A stretch of 64,000 nt of DNA. It comes from Octopus vulgaris. Lineage: Eukaryota. Position numbers and translations under genes: made by a program. The first letter of the stretch is position 1. Each line of letters starts with the position of its first letter. Below, piece after piece: positions 1 through 11,915 of this stretch. Below the pieces are notes generated by a model. The model ran no database searches. It was not told where the DNA came from and worked only from the letters and a program-made list of their open reading frames with translations. The stretch lies in assembly GCA_951406725.2 (NCBI GenBank), contig OX597820.1, positions 66,960,001 to 67,024,000 on the forward strand, given 5' to 3'.

Positions 1-17
1 AAGGGTCCAGACAAACA

Positions 18-402
18 AATTGACCTTAGTGCTTATTCTTTGTAAGCCTAATACTTATTCTATTGGTCTCTTTTGCCAAACCACTAAGTTACAGGACATA
101 AACACACCAACATTGGTTGTCAAGCAACGGTGGGGAAACAAACACAGACACACAAACATATACATACATGCACATACATACATACGTACACACAGACAGA
201 CATACATACACACAGACAGACAGACAGACATATATATATATGACAGGCTTCTTTCAGTTTCTGTCTACCAAATCCACTCTCAAGGCTTTGGTTGGCCCAA
301 GGCTATAGAAGAAGACACTTGCCCTAGCTACCACACAGTGAGACTGAACCTAAAACCATATAGTTGGGAAGCAAGCTTTTCACCACACAGCCACACATGC
401 AC
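18..402 (-). mobile_element. tRNA-derived SINE family B (internal TA/TG microsatellite)
   Basis: Reverse complement of the consensus seen at 2190-2562 and 32846-33235. Confidence 0.85.
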
Positions 403-538
403 CTATATATATTTATACACACACACACACACACATACTCTAAAGCATTACTAACAATAATAATGATGTTGTTTATTATATTATATATATATCTATTATT
501 TATATAGTTATTCAATTTTCTATGTTTTGTCATTTCAG

Positions 539-750
539 GTGAGATAAGTGTGCAGGACCCTGATAAACTAGACTACGAGACTGTGTCCAAAATACGCCTG
601 ATTGTGATGGCCAAGAAGGGCAGTGAACGAGCTTATGCCTCAGTGAACATAGCGGTCATTGATAAAAATGACCATCCACCTGTATTCACGCAACAACACT
701 ATGTCTCGTACGTCTGGGAGAATGATAAGCGGAATACTCTCATTACAAAG
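539..750 (+). CDS. ds: Dachsous-like cadherin, internal exon (first in window; gene begins upstream)
   Basis: tttcag acceptor ends at 538, GT donor at 751. Reads G-EISVQDPDKLDYE...VIDKNDHPPVF...VWEN (LDYE and DxND cadherin motifs). Phase 1 in, phase 0 out. Confidence 0.92.
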
Positions 751-829
751 GTTGGTATTTGGTGTTAGTAGTTGCTGCCATGCTATAAAACTTGTGTTTT
801 ATGTGTTAGCCTTAGGTTTAAGTGGTTGT

Positions 830-1158
830 GAAGGCACATGGCGCAGAGGTTAGAGTGTCAGGTTTACAATCATGAGATAGTGAGTTCAATCACTGGACCA
901 GGCAGTGTGTTGGTTTTCTTGAGGAAGACACTGTATTTCATGTTGCTCCAGCTGTAGAAATGAGTTGTGACATCATTGGTGCCAAGCTGTGTCGGCCTTT
1001 GCCTTTCCCTTGGATAGCATCAGTGGTGTGAAGAGGGGAGGCTGGTATGCATGGGTGACTGCTGGTCTTCTGCAAAAACAACCTTGCCCAGGCTTGTGCC
1101 TTAGAGGGTAACTTTCTAGGGTGCAATCCAATGGTCACTCATGGCTGAAGGGGTCTTT
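830..1158 (+). mobile_element. tRNA-derived SINE family C with CORE-like central domain
   Basis: A-box tggcgcagaggttaga, B-box gagttcaatc. Homologous to 53621-53944 on the minus strand. Confidence 0.8.
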
Positions 1159-1179
1159 TACTTTATGTTTAGGTGGGTT

Positions 1180-1610
1180 AACTGGCAGAACTGTTATCAT
1201 GTTGGGTAGAATACTTAGAAGTATTTCATCTGTCTTGACATTGTGCGTTCAAATTCCATTGAGGTCAACTTTGACTTCGTTCTTTCAGGGTCAATAAAAT
1301 AAATACCAGCTGAGCAATGGGGGTTAAGGTAATCAATTTGCTCCCTCCCCCAAAATTGCTGGCCTTGTGCCAAAATTTGAAACCATTATTTCTCCTATAT
1401 TTAGGCAGCAAGCTGGCAGAATCATTAACATGCCAGACAAAATACTTAGTGCCATTTCATCCGTCTTCACGTTCTGAGTTCAACTTTTCCTTTCATTCTT
1501 TAGGGATCAATAAAATAAATACCATTTGAGCAATGGGGTCGATGCAAATTGATTTATCCCCTCCTCCCCACAAAAACATTCTGGCCTTCTGCTAAAAATT
1601 TTATACCAAT
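1180..1610 (+). mobile_element. Two old copies of SINE family A (A-prime tail variant)
   Basis: ctggcagaa...gttcaaattcc...ttcattcttt.ggg.tcaataaaataaatacca central block, present twice. Confidence 0.75.
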
Positions 1611-1835
1611 ATTGCTTTTGTGTCCTCCTCAAAGTCCCATGCAGAACTTTTCTAACAGATCCTAGTATGTGTGTGTGTGTGTGTTGTGGTATGAGAGAGA
1701 ATAAGCAAGTAAAAGTTTCTGAGATGGTTTTTGGTCTTTATGGTTCCCAAGAAATTAGGGTCCTTTTTGCCACAATGAGTGCTACTTCTTCTATCTCTCT
1801 CACACACACACACATGTACAGACATATCTTTATCT

Positions 1836-2152
1836 TCTACTTGTTTCAGTCATTAGACTGTGGCCATGCTGGGGCACTGCCTTGAAGAATTTTTGCTCAG
1901 TTGAATTAACCCCAGTACTTAATTTTTTTTTCTCAAGCCTAGTAGTTATTCTATCAGTCTCATTTGCCAAACCGCTAAGTTACAGAAACATAAACACACC
2001 AACACCAACTGTCAAGTGGTGCTGGAGGACAAACAAAGACACACACACACACACATAAACAGGCTCCTTTCAGTTTCCATCTGCCAGATTGACTCACAAG
2101 GCTATGGTCAGTCCAAGGCCATAGCAGAAGACACTTGGTCAGGTTGCCACAC
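1836..2152 (-). mobile_element. SINE family B
   Basis: tacttgtttcagtcattagactgtggccatgctgg... is the reverse complement of the family B 3' end. Confidence 0.85.
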
Positions 2153-2189
2153 AGCTATGCTTGCACTTAAATGCACACATAAGCATTGA

Positions 2190-2562
2190 AGTGGCTGTGT
2201 GGTAAGTAGCTTGCTTACCAACCACATAGTTCTGGGTTCAGTCCCACTGCGTGGCACCTTGGACAAGTGTCTTCTACTATAGCCTTGGGCCGACCAAAGG
2301 CTTGTGAGTGGATTTGGTAGACAGAAACTGAAAGAAGCCCGTCATGTATATTCATATATATGTGTGTCTGTGTTTGTCGCCCCAACATCGCTTGACAACC
2401 GATGCTGGCTTGTTTATGTCCCCGTAACTTAGCGGTTCAGCAAAAGAGAACGTTAGAATAAGTACTAGGCTTACAAAGAATAAGTCCTGGGGTCGATTTG
2501 CTCGACTAAAGGCGGTGCTCCAGCATGGCCAAAGTTAAATAACTGAAACGAGTAAAAGAGTA
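2190..2562 (+). mobile_element. SINE family B, full length
   Basis: Head gtggctgtgtggtaag...gggttcagtccc (A/B boxes), tail actgaaacgagtaaaagagta. Confidence 0.9.
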
Positions 2563-2644
2563 CATAATTCACATGCACGCACACACACACACACACACAC
2601 ATTTGAAGACTTCAGTAATATGAGAAACCTTCTGTCTATTTCAG

Positions 2645-2930
2645 GTGGTTGCCAGTGACAGTGATGCGGGTCGTAACAGTCAGATAAGGTACAGCATTAT
2701 AAGTGGGGACAAAGACGGTGTGTTCCACATCAATCGATCAACTGGTGTAATTACAACCACCAGTCCTTCACTGGACCGTGAGATCTATTCCTCTTACCAA
2801 CTGAAAATTGAAGCAGATGATAATGGCCGCAACTACATGTCTTCTACTTGTATCGTACAGATCACCGTCGTAGACAAGAATGATAACACCCCGGTGTTGC
2901 CCAGGCTTAAGCCTCTTAGTATTCCAGAAG
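2645..2930 (+). CDS. ds: Dachsous-like cadherin, internal exon
   Basis: tttcag acceptor, gtaagt donor at 2931. VVASDSDAGRNS...LDRE...VVDKNDNTP is a canonical EC repeat. Phase 0 in, phase 1 out. Confidence 0.95.
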
Positions 2931-3081
2931 GTAAGTATCCTTCCATGTTTACTGTGTATTTTTACTGCTCCTCTTCCTCCTCCTCTTCTTCATCTCAACA
3001 CAGTCCTTAATGTAACATCACCACTTCCTGCTGATTGCACTAATTGCTTATTTATACTTACTTTTATGTTTACTCTTTCAG

Positions 3082-3263
3082 ACACAGTGGTTGGATCAAC
3101 AATCTCCATGGTAACAGCGAACGTGGCTGATTTGAACCCCAATCTCAGCTACAACATCACCTCCACTGATGGAATGTTCAATGTTGACCACCTCACCGGA
3201 GAGGTGACTCTAGCAAAACCCCTTGACTACAACAAACAGAAAACTTATAACTCTTATGTCATT
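3082..3263 (+). CDS. ds: Dachsous-like cadherin, internal exon
   Basis: ctttcag acceptor, gtaagg donor at 3264. DTVVGSTISMVTAN...TGEVTLAKPLDYN. Phase 1 in, phase 0 out. Confidence 0.92.
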
Positions 3264-3846
3264 GTAAGGCATTGTTTTAATATCTTATTCCCTCCTCCTC
3301 ATCCTCTCCTCCTCTTCCTCATCCTCCTCATCCGCTTACTACCACTTCTTCCTCCTTTCTACTTCTTTCTGTCTTTCTTTCATTCTTTTCTTCCTTATTT
3401 AAAAATCATTGTTATTTAACTCTGTGCTCCATTGATGTGGAAGGCCTTATGATAGCAAATGAGATAGGGCAAAATGATCTGACCCATGACTGAAAAACAT
3501 TGTGTAATGGCTACAAAGCTGCAGAGTCCAAAGACTGTACATATTTTAAGATAAACACTTGTGTTTGGGGGATGTTGCTGTACTTGTGTTTTTGGATGCT
3601 GGAATCAATGTCTCATCAGATGATAAAGCAACTCTGTAGGTATTTCAGCCCCATCCACCTTGAAACCAGAGCTGCCAGGAACCAGACAATCAATATAGGT
3701 GACAAAAAAGTAAAAATCGAACAAACATTGTGTATATGTGTTTGCTGTATATATATATATATAAATTTAAAATAATAAAGGTGAAAAATTTAGTATTAAT
3801 TTAAAACCAGCGGTCTAGCATATTAAAATCTGAAGGTTCAGAAAAT

Positions 3847-4084
3847 TATATTACATACATATAAGAGGGATGACCACTACGTGGACAACCCTTATGTCAG
3901 AAGTAGATCTGCTATGGTATTACCACTAAGAAAAGAATGTTCTCAAGAAAATTTAGCAAAAGCCAGAACGTTTGCTAAATTTTCTTGAAAACATTCCTTT
4001 CTTAGTGGTAAGACCATAGCAGATCTACTTCTAGCATAATGGATGTCTATGTAGTGGTCATCCCTCTTATATGTATGTAATATA
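3847..4084. repeat. Long inverted repeat (114-bp arms, 10-nt loop) in an element flanked by (TA)n tracts
   Basis: 3847-3960 is the reverse complement of 3971-4084 with about 9 differences. Confidence 0.95.
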
Positions 4085-4539
4085 TATTTGACTCTACAAC
4101 ACTGTGTATAAATTCCGTACTTGGAATGACCAAGTTTAAGTACTGCTGGATCTCACTCACACGGTATTGGAATCTTACATTGTGTATAAACTCTATATTT
4201 GGAAGGACCCATTTTAAATTCTGTTGGATTTTACTCATAAGGTATTGGAATCTTACATATATACCATTCTGCCTAAAAAATGGATCTACAGCTTCAATAT
4301 CCCTACTATAGACGAAACAGGGACAACTGAAAGGGGGGAATATTCCTTGTGTTGTATGTCCTGTACTCTGTTTTTTCATTGTTTGAAAAAAGTTTGTTTC
4401 CATGTTTTTTTTTGTGTTTTCGTTTCTCATTGTGTTCAACGTTTTTTTGATGTCCTGTACCCATATATGCATGTATATATACATATAGATGTATGTATGT
4501 ATATATATGCATATATTTATATATTATTTATATTAATAT

Positions 4540-4581
<42 letters not shown>

Positions 4582-4837
4582 CACACACACACATATACTC
4601 ATGTGTGTGTGTGTGTATACTTAAAGCTGGTATCAGTTACAGAAATAAATATTGCATAAATTTACACACACATACAGAGCCACAAATAGGCTAGTGCACT
4701 TCATAGCACTAGGGTCAAATATTGTTTTATACAAATGTTATAAAGATATGTATATTTAATCACTGACAAAACTCTATAAACTCCATTAATTTTGCATATT
4801 AAGAGAAACATAATTTTTGTTGTCATCTTTGTTTTAG

Positions 4838-5072
4838 GTGAAGAACGATGTAAGCAACGCAACTGTGAAACTTCAAATAAATGTATTAGACACAAATAAC
4901 CATGCTCCAGAGTTTAGTGAGAGCAGTTACCAAGTATCGGTCAAAGAAAACGCTTACGTTGGCAAACCTATCTTTACTGTTACCGCCCTCGATTCGGATT
5001 CAGGAAAGAATGCAGATATTACTTACAAGATGGATGTCCAGGTTCCAGAGTTCTACATTAACCCCAAAACTG
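4838..5072 (+). CDS. ds: Dachsous-like cadherin, internal exon
   Basis: ttttag acceptor, gtagga donor at 5073. VLDTNNHAPEF...VKEN...TALDSDSGKNA...INPKTG. Phase 0 in, phase 1 out. Confidence 0.93.
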
Positions 5073-5329
5073 GTAGGAAACATTTCCTCCTCAACCTAAT
5101 TTCTCCTCTTTGCCCTTCTTAATCCCAACCACTTTACAGTGTTGACTGGGCGTTTTGTTTTACAGCCACCAGCACAAATGAGTCTGTCGTGCAGTTTGCA
5201 AGACTATAAACCCCAGGGGAGCAACTTTATGCTAGAAGATGGTGGGGTAAAATATGGGTCAAAAATACGAGGGAAGGGGCCAGACTAGAAAAGGTTTCTT
5301 TAAGAGAATCTATTTCCCATGTGCACATA

Positions 5330-5635
5330 GTAAGTACTGCTTCAGTGTATCTATCACATATGAAGCTTACATTCACCAAGTCTACCTGTGACTCCACTTA
5401 ATCTCTGTTGCATATCCATTGCTTACATTCAGTACAATGTATGGAGTTTACACCTACTCCTTTTCTGCATATCGAACAAGGCCATTTCCCCCAAAGGTAC
5501 CAGGATCCTGTCTTCTTTCTTACTCACTAAAACTTTTTGTATTTGCTAGGTTTACTTTATAGCATCTTCATTCTTGGTTTAGTCTCCATGTCTGGAATTT
5601 CCTCTCTAATTCCTTTAAATCTTCTGGCATAAAAA
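5330..5635 (-). mobile_element. RTE-clade LINE fragment (RT C-terminal part with Cys-rich insertion), decayed
   Basis: Minus strand reads ELERKFQTWR...KVNLANTK...GKWPCSICRKGVGVNSIHCTECKQW with stops and frameshifts. Confidence 0.7.
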
Positions 5636-5886
5636 TGGATATTACATGATGATAACGATAATTGTGCGTGTGTGTGTGCATATGTTTTATAGATATGTAT
5701 TGCATGTACGTATTATCAACATCATCATCATCATGAAACATCCATTTTCCATTGCTAGTGCAGAATGCATAGTTTGTCGTGTATATATGTATTCTCTATT
5801 ATATTTGTAATATATATATATATGTTATACATATATGTATCATATAAAGATTATATTTCTATATATATGTATGCATATGTATTATG

Positions 5887-5917
<31 letters not shown>

Positions 5918-5993
5918 ATATATACACACATATATATAATAAGAAATATTACCCCCCTACTGTCACGTTCATGTTAGATTGACAGTATACAAC

Positions 5994-6046
<53 letters not shown>

Positions 6047-6106
6047 TAGATAGATTGATAAATAGACAGACAGACAGACATTTATATATATAGATTTTTA
6101 TTTATA

Positions 6107-6152
<46 letters not shown>

Positions 6153-7235
6153 GCTCTGTGTGTATGTGAAATCAAATGAAGGTAGAATTTAAGAATCTCT
6201 ACCATTCTGTTGTTGTTCAGCTTCAGGTCAGTCAAGATCAAACAAACCTATAGTAAAAGACATTCCACATCGTGACCATCCTGTCTTTTTTATATTTTGA
6301 CTTGGTTTTATCAATGACTGTATCACTGTCTTTTATAAACGTGTTGCATGTGATTTGAAAGTTATTTAGCTACCGTATCAAGATGGCATTTGCGTGTGTG
6401 TGTGTGTGTGTGTGTGTGTCTAGCAGGGTTAGAAGAGGGTTGGAGAAAATATCTGAGATATTTACTAATGCACTTTTACATTCAGTGATCAAATCCTGCC
6501 CAGACCACCTCTACATAGGCTTCTGAGGTTGATTAATTAAGTCTTGTGCGGTCAGGCCACAGTTCTGTGACTGAAACCAGAATAAATGAATGACTGTGTA
6601 AGTAGAATTGACAGTAGATTGTAAGTCTTGGAATCACCCAACCAACCAATCACTCATCATCGATGACATACTTGGCACCGTATCACACAACCAGTGCAAT
6701 ATCATGCCAACATCGTTGCAATGCTCTATTAACACGAAGATTTGATCAGAGTTAATTATAGAGAGGCTACCGCTCAGGTGAGAGAACAGTCTGTCCAGCT
6801 AACTACTGCTTCACTCACAGCTACGAGAGAAACATTTCTCTGACCTTTTCAAAATAGATAATAAATATTCTTTGAGTTCTTTCACCATGGCAGAAATTTT
6901 ATTGGAGATTTCGTCACACTTTATAGAAGCAAGAAGAGAAATGAAGATAGTCACCACATGCAGAAGAATGTATTTGGGTCTGAGACACAATATCAGTCGT
7001 TGATTTAAGAAGTCAAGATTCACAACTTCAGAACTCCTAAAGAACACTCACTTGCATTCTCCAAAAACAATAAACTTTCCACTTCAAAATTAAATTTATT
7101 TATTTATTTATTTGTTTTACACCTTTCCCATGATTGATTTCAGTTCTTCCAACTTCCTTACCTCCAACTTTTTGTCTTTTTTCCCAAACTTTTTTTCCTC
7201 CTAACCAACCGTTTTCTGGCTGTCAATTCTTGCAG

Positions 7236-7407
7236 GAACCATTCACGTGAACAAGACGCTGACTTACAACCCTAACAAATCATTTATCCAACTTGTCGTC
7301 GTCGCCGAAGATGGTGGCACGCCACGGCTGTCAACCGTCGTCGGTATTTACGTGCAAATCTTTCCTGTCTACAACACCATTCCTAGCTTTCCTCAACTCA
7401 CTTACAG
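7236..7407 (+). CDS. ds: Dachsous-like cadherin, internal exon not in the ORF track
   Basis: ttgcag acceptor, gtaaca donor at 7408. GTIHVNKTLTYNPNKSFIQLVVVAEDGGTPRLSTVVGIYVQIFPVYNTIPSFPQLTYR. Phase 1 in and phase 2 out exactly bridge the neighbouring exons. Confidence 0.9.
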
Positions 7408-7532
7408 GTAACAATCAGTCTTCTTTCTGAATCTTGCCCTTTTTCACTTACAGATTTGTTCATAGACAAAATATTTTGCATATTAATTTGTGCTATTGTG
7501 TTGTGTTTCCAACTGGAAATCAGGAAATCTGA

Positions 7533-7859
7533 AGCCAGCGAGCTGGCAGAAACGTTAGCACGCCGGGCGAAATGCTTAGCAGTATTTCATTTGCCGCTAC
7601 ATTCTGAGTTCAAATTCCGCTGAGGTTAACTTTGCCTTTCATCCTTTCGGGGTTGATTAAATAAGTACCAGTTACGCACTGGGGTCAATATAATCAACTT
7701 AATCCATTTGTCTGTCCGTGTTTGTCCCCTCTGTGTGTAGCGACTTGTGGGCAGTAAAGAGACAAGTTACGCACTGGGGTCGATTTAATCGACTTAATCC
7801 GTTTGTCTGTCTTTGTTTGTCCCCTCTGTGTGTAGCCCCTTGTGGGCAGTAAAGAAATA
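7533..7859 (+). mobile_element. SINE family A with duplicated 3' half and TSD
   Basis: Family A consensus. agttacgcactgggg...ttgtgggcagtaaaga occurs twice. Flanked by aggaaat(c/t)tgaag direct repeats. Confidence 0.88.
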
Positions 7860-8111
7860 AGGAAATTTGAAGTATAAGTTGATGATGGATCTTAATGGCC
7901 ATTCAAAGTATCTCACATACACACCTTGATTCAGGCTATAATGAAAGCAACAAATACATATACAAACAAGGAACCCTTGAAGTTGTCTAAAATTTTTGGC
8001 TAGAATTAAAATCAGCCTAAAATTATATAAAATTTTAATCTTAAATGGTATACTTACACCAAACAGTAATATTTTACACTATTTTAAGACTGAATTAATT
8101 TATACACCATC

Positions 8112-8573
8112 GTAATCATCATTGTTTAACGTCCATTTTCCATGCTGGCATAGGTTGGATGGTTTGACTGAAGACTGGCAAGCCAGTAGGCTGCACCAGG
8201 CTCCAGTCTCATCTGGCAAGGTTTCTACAGCTTGATGCCCTTCCTAACACCAACCACTCTTAGAGTGTAGTGGGTGCTTTTTACGTGCCACTGGCATGGG
8301 AGCCACTCAGGCGACACTGGCATCGGCCACATTTGGATGGTGCTTTTTATGTGCTACACACACACACGCATATATATACACACACATATACACACATGCA
8401 TATATACACATATCATCATCATCATCATCATCATCGTTTAACGTCCGCTTTCCATGCTAGCATGGGTTGGACGGTTCAACTGGGGTCTGGGAAGCCCGAA
8501 GGCTGCACCAGGCCAGTCAGATGTGGCAGTGTTTCTACAGCTGGATGCCCTTCCTAACGCCAACCACTCCGAG
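8112..8573 (-). mobile_element. Two 3' portions of a SINE/RTE-like retroposon ending in (GAT)n
   Basis: catcat...gtttaacgtcc.(c/t)tttccatgct.gcat.ggttgga.gg and gatgcccttcctaac.ccaaccactc appear at ~8115-8350 and ~8413-8573. Confidence 0.75.
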
Positions 8574-8795
8574 ACATATATATATATAAATATACATACA
8601 TATATATATATAAATATACATGCACACACATATATATATATATATATAAATATACATACACACACATATATATACATATATAAAATAATAAACATACATG
8701 TACACATACACATATAAAATTTTAAACATATATATATTTGAGCTTTTCCGCTTCATTTCTGAGTTTCTAATTCTTTGCTTTCTGTTGTTTTTCAG

Positions 8796-11397
8796 GCACA
8801 ATGTCAAGGAAAATATTAGCCGTGGTACTGTTCTACTTGACGTGAAACTACCAAAGTCAACGAGTCTCACACAGAACAGGATCTTCTATAAAATTGTCCA
8901 AAGTGAAATGCAAAACGTCTTCTCTATCGGTCGGCGTTCGGGTGAGATTGTTCTCAACAGTATGCTTGACCGAGAGAAAATTGATGACTACAGCTTTACA
9001 GTAATGGCGATGAGTGGTCACCAATCATCCACAGTGAATGTCGACATTCTCGTTGATGACATCAACGACCAACGTCCAGTTTTTGACCAAGCAATCTATC
9101 ATGTCGTGTTGAATGAATCGTTCCTCAGCAATGTCAGCTTTTGCCAAGTCCAAGCATCCGATAGGGATGTTGGCAACAACGGAAGAGTGGCTTACGCAAT
9201 TACTTCTGGTAACGATAACGGGCTATTCCGAATAAACCGAGAAACCGGTAGGATATTTATCACTGCCGGACGTCACTTAGATTATGAATCGCAAACCAGT
9301 CACAAACTTGTTGTGAGGGCCATTGACTGTGTCGGCTGTAAGGTCGGTGAAAGTCGACTGATGACTTTTACGTCAGTCGTGATAAATGTGACAGATGTCA
9401 ATGAATCTCCTCCCCGTTTCCCACTTCGAAAATATATTGAATTTATTGCCGAAAATGAACCGGTCACCACTCGTATATTCCAAGCTCATGCAAACGATGA
9501 AGACAAGTACGAGAAAATGAGCTACCACATCTTCAACAACGACTACAGCTACTTCTACATTGATAAAGAGAGTGGCTGGGTTCACAGCTCAGTGAGCTTT
9601 GACTATGAGTCACGTACTCAGTACACATTCCAGCTGTTGGCCAACGACAGTAACGGACAGAACACGACAATTAAAGTTACAGTAAATATTTTGAGTGTTG
9701 ACGAGTATACGCCCAAGTTTAAGAAGAAGTCGTACTCATTCGAAATCCGTGGTGATGCGGATGTCGGTGACTATGTAGGCGAAGTCAACGCCACCGATGA
9801 GGACAAAGGGGAAGATGGCCGCATATTCTTCCAGCTTGGTGATCCAGCCAGCCCGTTTCTGATCTCACCAATAAACGGTAGCATCTATGTACGAGAGAAC
9901 TTACGTGGAATTCGAAGTGGACACCAGTCTACTAGTCGACGAAAGAGGGACACAAAAGAAACAGAATCAAATGAGAAATATGAGGATGTGTCCCTGGTCG
10001 TTCTAGCTGGATCAGGGAAGTCAAATTCCAAAACAACAAGCACCAAGGTGAATGTAAAAATTGACCGTGGTTGCATAGGATGTAATAAGTTAAAAGTATT
10101 CAATCCGGAACCAAGCAGTAAGAAACTGGTGATAATAATTGTTGCCGTATTAGTCAGTCTCATCATCATCAGTGTCTGCATTCTGTTGTTCTTGCTTTTT
10201 CGGCGTCGGTATCGCAAACGAAAACCCCGAAGCGCACCACCAGCTTTTAATACTGCATTTGAGGTACCTCCACCTGTTGCTCCGAGGCACACTGGACCTC
10301 CCTCCTACCAAGAAGTCGTTCACTGCAATGGGCATTCTGTGAACATTGCTCGGTCCGAGGTGCTTTCTGATAGGTCAGGTAACTCAACATCTAGTGGGCG
10401 TGGTTCTGCAGAAGAAGAAGAGGATGAAGAGATTCGTATGATCAACTCCAACACCTGCATTCAGTCACAAACATTGTCAAGAAAGAACAAGATGCCTGAC
10501 TCTGGCATCCAGCAAGATGATGACAGCTGTTCCGAACCTCCAGTTCAGAACCATCAAGAGTATTTTGCCCGGCTAGGTATCGATACCGCACGGATACAGG
10601 CTAAGGCAAAAGCTGCTGCCGTTGCACCTTCTGTGGATAGTATCCGCCATTACCAAGATGAAGGTGGCGGAGACAGTAACAACGTTGACAATTTTGTGTA
10701 TGAAAAGCTAGGAGACATTGAGACAGACGATGAGTTGTCTATTATAGAGAACTCAAGAGATCAAGGGTTTCATGATGCAGAACCCCACCAGGTGGCGTCG
10801 TTATCTAGTGTAGTGAACAGCGAAGAAGAATACAGCGGTTCCTATAATTGGGATTATTTGCTTGATTGGGGTCCACAATATATGCCACTGGCTGATGTTT
10901 TTGCTGAAATAGCTCAGCTAAAAGATGAAGAAAATTCAAACTTTAGACCCAAAAAACAGCCAGTTCACATGGTCCCTCAAAGATTTGTAAATAGCACATT
11001 GAATGCTAACATTCGGACTGTACCACCTCCTATAATTACAGATGCACCCCCCAGAATGTATAAGCAAGGTTCAAAGCACTCTAGTCACACAGCAGCTCCA
11101 GGAGGCCCCATGATCCCTTCATCAAGGACTAATGCTCCTCTCCCACCGTTGCCTCGGTCACCAATCACCCACGAGTCCTTTTTCCCATCCCCTGCATTGA
11201 CTCCTTCATTTTCACCCTCTCTGTCGCCATTGGCAACAAAATGTCCATCCCTATCTCCTGTTGTTAGCTCCCGTGGAGCTTCAAGTTCTGGACACAGCTC
11301 TGCTCCAAACATGCCGGGCCGTGCACATGCAATAGTCAAACAAAGTCAGACTGGTTACATAGCTTCACCAGATTCAGAACAAGAGATTAGAATATGA
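8796..11397 (+). CDS. ds: Dachsous-like cadherin, terminal coding exon: four EC repeats, TM helix, cytoplasmic tail
   Basis: tttcag acceptor, phase 2. TM segment 10126-10200. Dachsous-type intracellular motifs SSGRGSAE...DEEIRMIN (10390-10446), PDSGIQQD, GSYNWDYLLDWGPQYMPLADVFAEIAQLKDE (10837-10929), PSFSPSLSPLA and C-terminal EIRI. The six exons total 3689 nt, plus 1 upstream base = 1230 codons including the stop. Confidence 0.95.
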
Positions 11398-11876
11398 AAA
11401 AAAATTGGTTTTTAAAAAGACAATTACTTATTTTTTGTTCAAATTTTTTTTTTTCTTCCACCACTCAGTTCTGTTATTTCTCCAAATGCCTTGTAATTCT
11501 GATTCTACAGGTCAGCCAGCAGGACATCACAATTCACATTGTCTAGTTCTAGAGAACAGGCAGACAGACAGACAGACAGAGTAAAAGAAACGAACTTTGG
11601 TGGATATTGGTCTGCAACACACGATTGTCTAAATTTAGATGTAGCAGACAGTAGTGGGAACTGGCTAGATAAAAATGCATCCAGCCCCACACAAATTTAA
11701 CTACTACTACTACTAATAATAATAATGATACAACAACTATTATTACAAGTGACGAGGTAGACATAGACAGATGTTTACAGGCTTGCATTGTCAAATGTCC
11801 CTCTAAAACTTTAGGCTCAATTCTCACATCGCTGCCAAACCAAATGGGGGAGAAAAAAAAAACATATATATATATG

Positions 11877-11915
11877 AATAAATAAATAAATATAAAATAA
11901 AATAAAGTGTTTGCT
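11877..11915 (+). promoter_or_regulatory. Candidate polyadenylation signal cluster for the cadherin mRNA
   Basis: Five overlapping or adjacent AATAAA hexamers ~480 nt after the stop, followed by GT-rich gtgtttg. The sequence is AT-rich, so chance occurrence is possible. Confidence 0.4.

Noticed and set aside
4268-4330. Hammerhead motif next to the intronic hairpin
   Set aside because: A tcta.ag/ctataga stem and GAAAC are present, but the CUGANGA box is unrecognisable.
8698-8795. ATG start of the 899-aa ORF
   Set aside because: This is intronic TA-rich and polypyrimidine sequence. The exon starts at 8796 after tttcag, in phase with the previous exon.
9373-11339. Antisense ORFs over the terminal cadherin exon
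   Set aside because: Shadow frames with no recognisable domain.
539-11397. Member of the expanded cephalopod protocadherin family, or Fat
   Set aside because: More than seven EC repeats spread over many exons, no EGF or LamG domains before the TM, and Dachsous-type cytoplasmic motifs.
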